From a candidate division FCPU426 bacterium (GTDB lineage Bacteria; Oederibacteriota; PGYV01; Palsa-1178): a stretch of DNA of 64,000 nt. The position numbers were made by a program, and so were the translations under genes. Every line of letters starts with the position of its first letter. Within the stretch, counting starts at the first letter, position 1. Location of the stretch: assembly GCA_963840035.1 (NCBI GenBank), contig CAWIXE010000002.1, positions 1,184,001-1,248,000 on the forward strand, in the 5' to 3' direction. The notes below the pieces were generated by a model. It saw only the letters and a list, made by a program, of their open reading frames with translations. It did not search any database and was not told the DNA's origin. Shown here one piece after another: positions 48,862 through 58,700 of the stretch.

Positions 48862-50349
48862 TTATTTTCTTTTTATCACAAGTATTGATATGTCGTCGCT
48901 CTGATCCGCCCCGCCGGCAAACGCGCTTACATCTTTTACCACCGCATCCACGAGTTCAGCGGCGCTTTTGCCCGAAGACGCCTTTATTATTGCCACGAAG
49001 CGGTCGTCCCCATATTCCTGCTTTTCCCTGTTCATGGCTTCCGTAATACCGTCAGTAAAGGCAACAAGAACCTGCCCTTTTTCAATTGTAAATTTGTCAT
49101 TCTTTATGACCTTGTCAAAACGCGGCCCCGGGTCTGTCCCTATCGGGAAGCCCTTTGGGTTATGCGAAACAATCTCCCCGTTGCCCTCCACATAAGTGTC
49201 GTTATGGCCCGCTGATGCCATGTCAATCCTGCCGGATTCAGGGTCCAGCACGGCGTAAAACACCGTGATAAACATGCCTTCCCTCATATCCGGAAATAGC
49301 TTTTGATTCAGCCTCTGCAACGTTACATGCGACTCGTAAAAGGAGTCCGCTTCGGCATGAAGTATCGACCTTGCCATAGTCATGATCAGAGCCGCCGGAA
49401 CGCCTTTTCCGGAAACATCACCCACCACAAATCCGAACTTGCCGTTATCCAGCGGCATAACATCGTAATAGTCCCCGCTTACTTCCTTTGCCGGCGAATA
49501 ATACGCGGATACATCATAGCCTTCTATGGCCGCGATATCCTTCGGGATAAGCGAAAGCTGTATTTCCTTTGCGACTTCAAGCTCCCTTTCAAGGCGCTGC
49601 TGCTTTACCATGACTTCCTGCGCTTTTTTCAGGTCATGGGTCATCATGTTAAACACCCCTGCCAGAGCGCCGAGTTCATTGTTGCTTTTTACCTTTATCT
49701 TAAAATCGAGGTTTCCCGCGCCGATTGTCTTCGCGCCTTTTGCAAGGACATTTATGGGGCTGGCTATGCCTATACCCATGGCAAACGCGCCTATGATGCC
49801 GAGCGCGATGGCAATGATTGAAATCACAAGCACGTTAATGAAAGCCCTGTTCAAAACATCCTCAACAACGCTGTAAGATATGCCGACATGGGCCGTGCCA
49901 AGCTTAAGTTTGCCCTTCGCGACTACGGGCGATGAAAAATCAAGCATGCGCCCCAGTTTTTCGTCCGTATATATTATAATCCTGTTTTCGCCGGCTTCAA
50001 TTTCCGAGGCATTTTGAGGTTCCAGGTACTTTGACCCCATCTTTTCCATGTCGTCGCAGGCTTTTATCTTTCCAGCCTCATCCACCACCTCGGCATACTT
50101 GACGCCTTTGTTGGCGGCCGCGTCAGTTAAAAGCCTCATGGAAGTCAGTTCGTCCTCGGTGAGCATTGCGTCAGCGATATTGTTCGAAAGGTTCTTCGCC
50201 ACTGAAAGGCCGCGCAGCTTTACCTCTTCTGTCAGCGATTTTTTCTGCGAATCAAGGACAAAATAACTTAAGGAGCCTATGACCGCCACAAGAAGCGCAA
50301 CTATAAAAAATGTTATTTCCCACTTGATGCTTGAATGCTTTTTCGCCAT
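48862..50349 (-). CDS. Membrane PP2C/SpoIIE-family phosphatase with HAMP (RsbU-like)
   Basis: Two TM segments, HAMP, EVSGDYYD, GDVSGKG, SAGH, FTDGITEA, QSDDIS. Confidence 0.92.
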   Translation of the reverse strand: MAKKHSSIKWEITFFIVALLVAVIGSLSYFVLDSQKKSLTEEVKLRGLSVAKNLSNNIADAMLTEDELTSMRLLTDAAANKGVKYAEVVDEAGKIKACDDMEKMGSKYLEPQNASEIEAGENRIIIYTDEKLGRMLDFSSPVVAKGKLKLGTAHVGISYSVVEDVLNRAFINVLVISIIAIALGIIGAFAMGIGIASPINVLAKGAKTIGAGNLDFKIKVKSNNELGALAGVFNMMTHDLKKAQEVMVKQQRLERELEVAKEIQLSLIPKDIAAIEGYDVSAYYSPAKEVSGDYYDVMPLDNGKFGFVVGDVSGKGVPAALIMTMARSILHAEADSFYESHVTLQRLNQKLFPDMREGMFITVFYAVLDPESGRIDMASAGHNDTYVEGNGEIVSHNPKGFPIGTDPGPRFDKVIKNDKFTIEKGQVLVAFTDGITEAMNREKQEYGDDRFVAIIKASSGKSAAELVDAVVKDVSAFAGGADQSDDISILVIKRK

Positions 50350-50787
50350 TTATTTTCCCCTGTATTTCACAATTTTAACCTGATGCCCTTTTTTCTTTGA
50401 GGACGTGTAGCTCACTTCGTCCGCGTTTGATTCTATCAGGTAGTTGCCGATCTTTGCTTTTACAGACTCTATTATGACCTGTTCCTCGGAATACGACTTG
50501 AAATACCCTTTCAATTCCATGGAACCTTTGTGATGAAGCGTAACTATTATTTTTTTTGGGGTAACCCTGGCTTTAACGCTGATCTTCACATCCTTGAATT
50601 TATCCCCTTCTTCACGGAGCAGCTTGTCGCAAGCCTCATTTACGGCCATGATTATCTGTTCTTTTTCATTCTCGGATATTTTTTCGACACCGAGGATATT
50701 TTCCAAAAATTTCCTTACCAGAAAGAAATACTTGTCCTGTCTCGGTATCTCTATCGAGTACTCTATGCTGTTCTTTTTCTTTGCCAT
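50350..50787 (-). CDS. Degenerate RsbW-like (HATPase_c_2) protein
   Basis: IIMAVNEACDKLL (N-box Asn lost), IGNYLIESNADEVSY. Start set at 50787 with GGAGG RBS; the longer ORF-track N-terminus is a translated heptamer repeat. Confidence 0.65.
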   Translation of the reverse strand: MAKKKNSIEYSIEIPRQDKYFFLVRKFLENILGVEKISENEKEQIIMAVNEACDKLLREEGDKFKDVKISVKARVTPKKIIVTLHHKGSMELKGYFKSYSEEQVIIESVKAKIGNYLIESNADEVSYTSSKKKGHQVKIVKYRGK

Positions 50788-50863
50788 ATTTGCCTCCAAA
50801 TTTTCAATTTTCAATTCTAAATTTTCAATCAGCCGCATTCAACCGTTAATCGTCCGTCGTCAA

Positions 50864-52585
50864 TTATTTAATGCCCCTCTTTTGCAGCTCCGCCTGTTCT
50901 GCCTGCGCTTTTTCTATGGACTTCATAACCTTAATGTCGTCCGGGTTTATCTCTATGGCTTCCTTCCAAGACCTTAAAGCGCCTTTTAAATCTCCGGCCG
51001 TATACATCTTTAACCCGGCATAATAAAGTTTTTTCACCTTATCCGCCTGTTCGTCCGTTAACGCCCTGCCGCCTGAAGCCCTCTTCATCTGCGCCTTTGC
51101 CTTGTCAATATACGTCTTTATGACTTTGTTGCCCGGTTCCATTTTTTGGGCGCGCTCGAAGAAGTCTATGGCGTCATCATACTGCTTGGCTACAAAACTC
51201 TCGATACCTTTTGTAAAGACTTCCCTGGCGCTGTCTTTCATGTCAAGTTTCTGGTTGATCCTGCCTATATATTCGGATACATCCCTGAAGCCTTTGTCTA
51301 TGGCGTAAACATTTTTGAAGCCTTCAAGCGCGCCTATCAGGTCCGAATTCTTGTATGATTTTAAAGCCCTGTCATAATAGCCCGAGATCAATTTTTTTCC
51401 TATAATGGACTTAAGCGTTTTAGCGTCGCTGTAGTCCTTTGCCCAGGTGAGCGCTTTTTCAATCTCATCCATGGCGTCGTCATATTTTTCATTTTTATAC
51501 AGCGCGTAAGCCTTATCAAGGTAAACCTTTGCCTTTTCAACCTCTTTTTTCTTGAACTCCTGCTCGATTAACTGCTTTACCTGTTCTTTCAGCGCGTTTT
51601 CCCTGGCAATCTTCTGTTCGCCCAGCGTCATCCCGAAGTTATAAGACACCGCAAAACGCGAAAGCGCGCCCATGTAGCTGTCCATGGAGTATACATAATC
51701 AACTGACGCGTCAAAAAGTTTTATCCCGCCGCCGAAGGTTATGCGTCCGTCGTCATAGCCCGCCCTTATGCTTAATATCCTGTACCCGGTCACTTCAGCC
51801 CCGGCTTTAAGCCTTATTCCGTTTACAAGCTCGGCTTTCACCGCGTCCACAGCCGCGTTTATCGCGAAGTTTCCCGCCTTAAACCTGTAGGCTACGCCAG
51901 CCGAATACGACTGGGGTATCTCCTCTTTTACCTCGGTTAAGGTAAGCTCCGGTTTTATGATGTTATGCAGCATAAGCCCGACCGCAAGGAAATCAAAAGG
52001 TTCGTAAAGCAGCCCGACATCGGCGCCAAATGCCATGGCATTTACTTTCTGAAAAGCCAGGGTAAACATATTTATGTTTCCCGCAGCCGTAAATTCTTCG
52101 CTTAGCTTCCTCGCGTAGGAAAAAGTTGCCTTATACTCTTCAAGGTAGGTTGTTCCCGTGTATATGTCCAATGAATCGTAAACAAGTATGCCATCAGTCC
52201 TGAGCCTGTAAACCGCCAGTCCTACAGTTCCGAAATCAAGGATAGGCTGCGCGTATGATACCGAGTTATACAGGGTGTCAGCGTGCATGGGGTAATGCAT
52301 TAAAAGCAGCTGCTGTTTCTCGAGGTTTATCAGGCCCGCGGGGTTATAATACGTGCCTGAAGCGTCATCGGATATAGCTGTAAACGCGCCGCCCATTGCC
52401 GACGCGCGCGACCCGCTGCCGGAAGTAAATACGGACTCAGCCCCGTAGTTGTCAACGGCAAACGTTTTTAACGGCATTAAAAATAATAAAATACAAACGA
52501 TTTTCAATTTTAAATTTTCAATTTTAAATTGAAATCCATAAGCTCTATAGGTGCTGTTTACAGCAAACTTGTCGGTCATGTCCAC
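50864..52585 (-). CDS. PorV/PorQ-family outer-membrane beta-barrel fused to C-terminal TPR repeats
   Basis: GSRASAMGGAFTAISDDASGTYYNPAGL (FadL/PorV N-terminal signature), ADVGLLY, IRAGY, VDYVY; then TPR helices. Start uncertain (52585 or 52579). Confidence 0.8.
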   Translation of the reverse strand: MDMTDKFAVNSTYRAYGFQFKIENLKLKIVCILLFLMPLKTFAVDNYGAESVFTSGSGSRASAMGGAFTAISDDASGTYYNPAGLINLEKQQLLLMHYPMHADTLYNSVSYAQPILDFGTVGLAVYRLRTDGILVYDSLDIYTGTTYLEEYKATFSYARKLSEEFTAAGNINMFTLAFQKVNAMAFGADVGLLYEPFDFLAVGLMLHNIIKPELTLTEVKEEIPQSYSAGVAYRFKAGNFAINAAVDAVKAELVNGIRLKAGAEVTGYRILSIRAGYDDGRITFGGGIKLFDASVDYVYSMDSYMGALSRFAVSYNFGMTLGEQKIARENALKEQVKQLIEQEFKKKEVEKAKVYLDKAYALYKNEKYDDAMDEIEKALTWAKDYSDAKTLKSIIGKKLISGYYDRALKSYKNSDLIGALEGFKNVYAIDKGFRDVSEYIGRINQKLDMKDSAREVFTKGIESFVAKQYDDAIDFFERAQKMEPGNKVIKTYIDKAKAQMKRASGGRALTDEQADKVKKLYYAGLKMYTAGDLKGALRSWKEAIEINPDDIKVMKSIEKAQAEQAELQKRGIK

Positions 52586-52717
52586 CTTCGTATAATTCCA
52601 ATCTCTTATTCCTGATTTTTAATTGAAACTATTCCTAAATCATCCGCTCCGGGTTTCATTCCTATCTCCAGTCTCCTGTCTCACATTCCCTAAACCAACC
52701 ACACACCGCCCACTGCC

Positions 52718-55700
52718 TTACCTTAAAACCATTATCTTCCTTATTAACTTCTTTGTCTTCCCTGTGGTTTTATCATTTATTTCAAGAACACACAGGTATA
52801 CGCCGGAACGCACATCGGCTTTATCCCCGTTTTTCCCGTCCCAGGAATCTTCAGAATGCAGGCCCGCTGTTTTTACTGTTTTTTCAATTATTGCTTTTAC
52901 CTTCCTGCCTTCAAGCGTAAATACAGCTACGGTTACTTCCGAGGCATTCGGCAGGTAATACTCAATATTTGTGGAGCCAAGCGACGGATTAAACGGGTTC
53001 GGGTAAGAGTGATATGAGTCCTCTGTAATTGCCGCCTGTATGGAAGCGGCTCCCGACTTCATGTTTCCGAAATAATCCCCCGCTTTTGCCTGGACATTTG
53101 TAAGCGGGGTTGTTATGACATCACCCGCTGAAACAAGCTCAATTCCAAAATCACGGGCGCAGGAATCCGAAACTTCCACTGATACCGTTATGGTCTTCGT
53201 GGTATTATTCGCCACTGTAAGCGACGTGAATTCCACATACATCTGCGGGACGGCTGTCGCCGTTATTGACTTTAATACAGCCGTTCCTTCTTTAAACGTA
53301 ATAAGCCTCAACACTGAAGAGGCCGGTATGGCCGCGCCATCCCTGGATATGGCCGTTATCGTAATGCCCGCTATGTCGACGTTTGTATTATTGCTGTTTG
53401 TAAATGTTATATCCAGCGCGTCAGTGTCTTTCTGCCCTTTTACGGCCGAGACCGGCATACGCGCGCTGTGTCCAACTTCCATGAAATACGTAACCGCGGT
53501 TATGGTGGTTGTATTTGACAAAAATTCAAATGAATCGCCGTTCTTAGCCGTGATGGTCACATACCCTGCCGGGTAATTGTGCGCGATAATATTCCCTGCT
53601 GAGGCGACTTTGAACCTTACATCGCCGGTCGCGGCGCTGTCGGCTATGTTTGCCACGGCGTATACGGTCACTGTATTGGATGCCTGCACCGCCATCGGGT
53701 TAAAGAACTTTACATATATGGGTCCTGCCGCGGAGAATGCCGATCCCGTGACATATCCATATGTGGTAATTCCGAAGTAATCGGTGAATTTCAAACCCTC
53801 CAGCATGGATGAAGGCGTCAATATGACATTTGAAGTATCCACGGCCGTTATTGATATACCCTCAACCATTACGTCCGCGGAACCGGCCGCGCCGGGGTTC
53901 ATCAGGTTCAGCGCCATCAGTTTCACATCATCCTGCCCTTTTCCTACAAGCGCCGGGATAAGCGTCCCGTCGTGCCATGTATACAGGTCTGTGGCCGGAG
54001 CGTTATTAACGCTTACCTGGCCGGTGTGCCACGGCAGGCTTCCTGAAGTTATATTTTTTGTCACTTCATATCCTGAATTTGTATCCTTTACCCAGACCTC
54101 ATTTGACGACTCAAGGTATACAGAGAAATTAAACGCCGTGGCCAGCGGAAGTATGTCGGCAAAAACCGTTACATATTTGTAACCTGACGGGGAAAGCGCC
54201 ACAGGCGCGCTGAATTTAACCGGTATCTTAAAGGCGGCTCCGGGAGCCACGCTTGCCATAGTGGCGGAAGCGCTGTCCACTATGTAAATGTTTTCAATGC
54301 ATGAATTAGCGGCGATGTCAGCCGTACCGGCGCCGTTCTTTACCGTGATGGTAAGGCCGCTCCATATTTCCTGAGCAGTGCCGGCGGCCAGGTTGTCGCT
54401 TACCTTAAAGGCAAACAACGCCACCCTTTTCTGCGCTTTTACAACAGCAGGCTGCGCGTCCACAACAGGATCAAAACCGCCTATATCAACTGATGATGCC
54501 TTATCCTGCATTACCGCAAGCCCTGACGCCATGGGGAAAACATCCGGGGCCTTGTTTGATATTGACACGGAATTAAAACTGTTCGCGTCAACCGCGTAAA
54601 CATCGGGAGCCGACACCAGCGCCGCCTTAAATGAAGGGCTGGCAAACGATGAAGCAGCATCAACCCTGACAGTGGCTGTTACGTTATTCGCGGTTGATAC
54701 TATTATAGGCGCTGTCAGATTAATGGTTATCTTATTGCCGGTAAATGACGCTGTTTCACCGTATACTATCGAACCATCCTCGCTGCATATCCTGACGGCT
54801 TTTGCCACATCCGCAGGCGCTATAGCTGTGTTTGTATTATCCTCCAGGTAAATATTTACCCTTGTGACCATGATACTTGCCGTACGTGTGTCTCCTGTGT
54901 CCGTGAATATGATTTTCATAGCCGGTGCATTCAGCTGGTCAGTACTTAATACAGCCGGCATGGTATCCGAGTGTGATACTTTAAGCAAGGTAGGCTGTTT
55001 TTGAAGCGCCGCCACTGAGGACTCCATGGCAAAAACTCCCGTAACAACAACAGGCAGCTGCCCTGAATTATAATCCACAGCCGTAAGCGCCGCGGCCGAT
55101 GACAGGACAAACTTAAAACCAGATACGGCGTTATATGTATTTGGCGTTATGTCAGCCACTATATAAACATATTTAAACTCGCCGGCAGCCAGGGTAACAG
55201 GCTGCGGGAAAGTAAAATCGATGAATTCCGACGATGTGATTGCCGTTGTGTTTAAGTAGTCATCAAATAAATCAGTCGCCTTTATGCGGGATACTGCCAT
55301 GTTTGCCGCCACTGTATTTGAGGCCGCGTCCCTGACAGTAAGCGAAATTCCCGTGATTAATACCGGCGAAAAACCGGCGCCTCCGGTATTGCTCAGCGTA
55401 AGCATCATGGCAAACACATCTCCCTGCCCGGTTGAAACCGAAGGCGGCATCAGGTCTGTTAAAACCGCGGATACCGAAACTGTCCGGCGCTGCAGCAGGA
55501 AATTGCCCGAGGACATGGGGAATATTTCAGCGCCGTCCGCGGAAACAGCGGCCGTGACCGAAACATCCTGCGCCTGCGCCAGCGATATGTAATATGATGC
55601 CGAGAAAGTCGCGGCTTTAGCGTCAGCGTAAAGCGAAAGCGACGCGCTTGACTGCGGAAGGGCGAAAAACGGCGAAGAGGACATATCCAGTATCACCGTA

Positions 55701-58700
55701 TGCAGCGGCCCCGATACCGCGGCAGTCGCTTTTGTATTTCCGGCGTCGTCCACAAGGTACATGTTGGTGAATATCTCGGATGCGGCGACATTATTACCCA
55801 AACCGTCTTTTACCGTCACGGTTAAATACCTTATATATTCGGTGAAGGAACCTATATTCCTGGATGTAAAATTTATAAGCCCGAAATTCTGCTCCCCCGC
55901 TGTTACCTGCGGCGGCGCCAGGGCAGCATGGCTGATTTTCAGGCCGGGCGTGGAAAGAATTGTCGATACAGCCGAACGCAGCGGGTATGCCGCGGTAATT
56001 GCGGTGATTGCCGTGGAGCTGTTTATTTCTGAAACTTTTATATCCTGTTGTTTTTCAATGCCCAGCATGACATATATTTCCGTTGATGCCGGCGCTATGT
56101 CAGCGTAGAGCGTAAGCCCCTTTGCCGAACCTGCGGCTAAGGAAACATTCGTGGTAAATGGTACATAAACGGCACTGCCGGATACCGGCATGGATGTCTG
56201 ACTGCCGTATTCTGTCACGCCGTCGGATACTGCCAGCCTGGCGATTACGGACGACGGTATCAAAGGCGAAGCGCCGGAGCTCAGCACCGTGACTGTCACG
56301 CCTGTCAATTCCACGGATGAATAGCCGGCGGGGTTATTATTGCGCGGTTCAAAATAAAGGGCCGCGACATTTGCCTGGCCTTTGTTTACGGTTGCGGGCA
56401 TTAAGCTCGACGATACCGCGGCTATGGAAGATGATTTTTGCTGTATAAGGGCGTAATCCGAGCGCATCGGAAACGCGTCTGCCTGGGCAATTACAGGAAG
56501 TATTTCATATGAGTTCGCGTCCCTGGCAATAATGGCTGCCGCTGATTTTAAATTAACCTTAAATCCGGCTGTTGCCGGCGAGGAATTAATATCCCCCGCG
56601 ATGAATACCTGCTTTGTCGCGCCCGGCTGGACAGTAATGGGCGTTGTAAGCCCTATGGAAACATTATCCCCGTAATCAGCCACAGAAGGCACATCTCCGT
56701 ATATGGTGCCCAGGCTGTCAGTCACATACATGCGCGTAAGCGCGCTGTATGGAGTAATCCCTGCGTTTGAAAGGTCCTCAGTTGTAATTACGATCCTTGT
56801 TATTGCCATGTTAGCGCCGCTTATCCCGCCCGGATTTGTGAAGTTAAGCGCCATGAGTTTCGCGCCAGTCTGCCCCCTGTTATACGCAGCCTGTATAACG
56901 CCGGTATGCGACATCCGGCAGTCAGCCACCTGCTGCTGAATGATGACAGTGGATGTTGTCATCGGGAAAGTATCGCCGTTTATTGCCGAGGTCGTAATTG
57001 TAACGCCTGAATTTGCGTCCTCAAACCTTATGTCATTATTTATTTTTAAGTTTACCCTGAACGTACCGGCCTGCAGCGTATCAACTATATCCACATAAAG
57101 TTTTAAGTCGTCAGATACGCCCGGCGAGACTGATGCGGGAATGGTAAAAGGCACATAGAATGAGCCGGTTGAATTAGGTATGGCTGTATAAAAAGTGTTA
57201 ACAACCGTTGCGCCGCGCACCATTATTTTTTTAATGGCTGTTGAAGGGTTGATGGCCGTGTTTGTATCATCCTCAACCGTTATTGTTAAGCCGGTCAGCA
57301 TTATTGACGCGCTGTCAGCCGGGTTAGGGTTTTGTATGGTAAGAATCTCGGCGAATATGTCAGTCTGTCCGGTGGAAACCGTCGTGGGTATGACATCGCT
57401 GTGGGCGATGCCGCCTGAAGCGGGCTTTAACTGTACTTTTACGGCATTGCTTCTCATGGGGAATGAATCGCCAGAATCCGCCTCAACCAGTATGGTATTG
57501 GGCATGGCGTCAACCGCGCCAATATCGGCATTAAGTTTCATGTATGAGATAACAGCGTTGTCCTTCAGGTCAAAATAAATATCCGCGGTATTATAAGAGG
57601 AAGTCGCTATATCAACCACGGTTGTAAAAGGGATATAAACAATCGAGCCCGAGGACGGTATGGACGACACTATTCCATTCGTGTTTCCTGCCCCGTCAAC
57701 CGCGTATATTTTTGTAATTTCAGAGGAAGGTATGATGGGCGTGTTTGAGCCGTCTTCCACTGTTATGGTAACGCCCCGGACAGAGATGGGTCTGTCAGTG
57801 GTATTGGAGAATTTTAACTGCATGGCCTTAACGCCCTGCTGGCCGTTAGTCGCGGCCGCGGGCATGAGGCTTGTATGAAGCACCTTCATTTTATTTGAAG
57901 ACTGTATTGTATACAGGAACGACCTCATGTCAGGGAAACTATCGGCAATGTTCGCGGTAACAGAAACAGGAAGCAGCTGGTTTGAATCCACCGCGGATAA
58001 ATTCTGCGCGCCGGAAAGATTAATCCTGAATTCCGCCGCTGACGCGAAAGATGATATGTCCGCTGAAACCGTGACTGTTATGTTTCCCGGCGACGCTGAC
58101 GGTGTAAGCATTATAGGGTTTGTAAAATTAATATATATATTCTGCCCTGCCGGAATCGCTGAAACTGAGCCAAGTTCGTTTGCGGGGTTGATCGTCTCAA
58201 AAACCGACATTTTAGAGAACGCCGTATTGGCGCCTATGAATCCGGAGCTGTTTTCGGCAGTTAATGTAATGCCCCTTATTATAACCGATGACGTCATGGT
58301 ATTGCCCGGCACCTCAAAAGCCAGGTTCATCAACTGTACGCCGACCGCGCCTTTTTCATACGGGCCGCCGGCAATCGGGGTATGAAGGACATTTATGGTA
58401 AGCGCCCGCGCTTCTATGTGAGACGCGGAACTTGTCATGGGGTACGAGTCCCCGGCAAAAGCACCGGCTGTCAAAGAATTTCCCAGGTTATTATCTTTTG
58501 CGGTTATATTGCCCGCAGCCGCAAGCTGTATCCTGAAGTAACTCTTATTTGGATTTGCGCTCATGTTAAACTTTACAGATGCTGTCACAGGTACAGCCGA
58601 GTTATAACCGATGATAATCGGCTGAGCCAGGGCAATATCAAGCACAGAACTGGTGGTTGTGACAGAAGCGCCGGCATAGACATTTGAAGTATTGACAAAC

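Noticed and set aside
50788..50838. ORF-track N-terminal extension MRLIENLELKIENLEAN
   Set aside because: It is a translation of the heptamer repeat; a GGAGG RBS supports the start at 50787.
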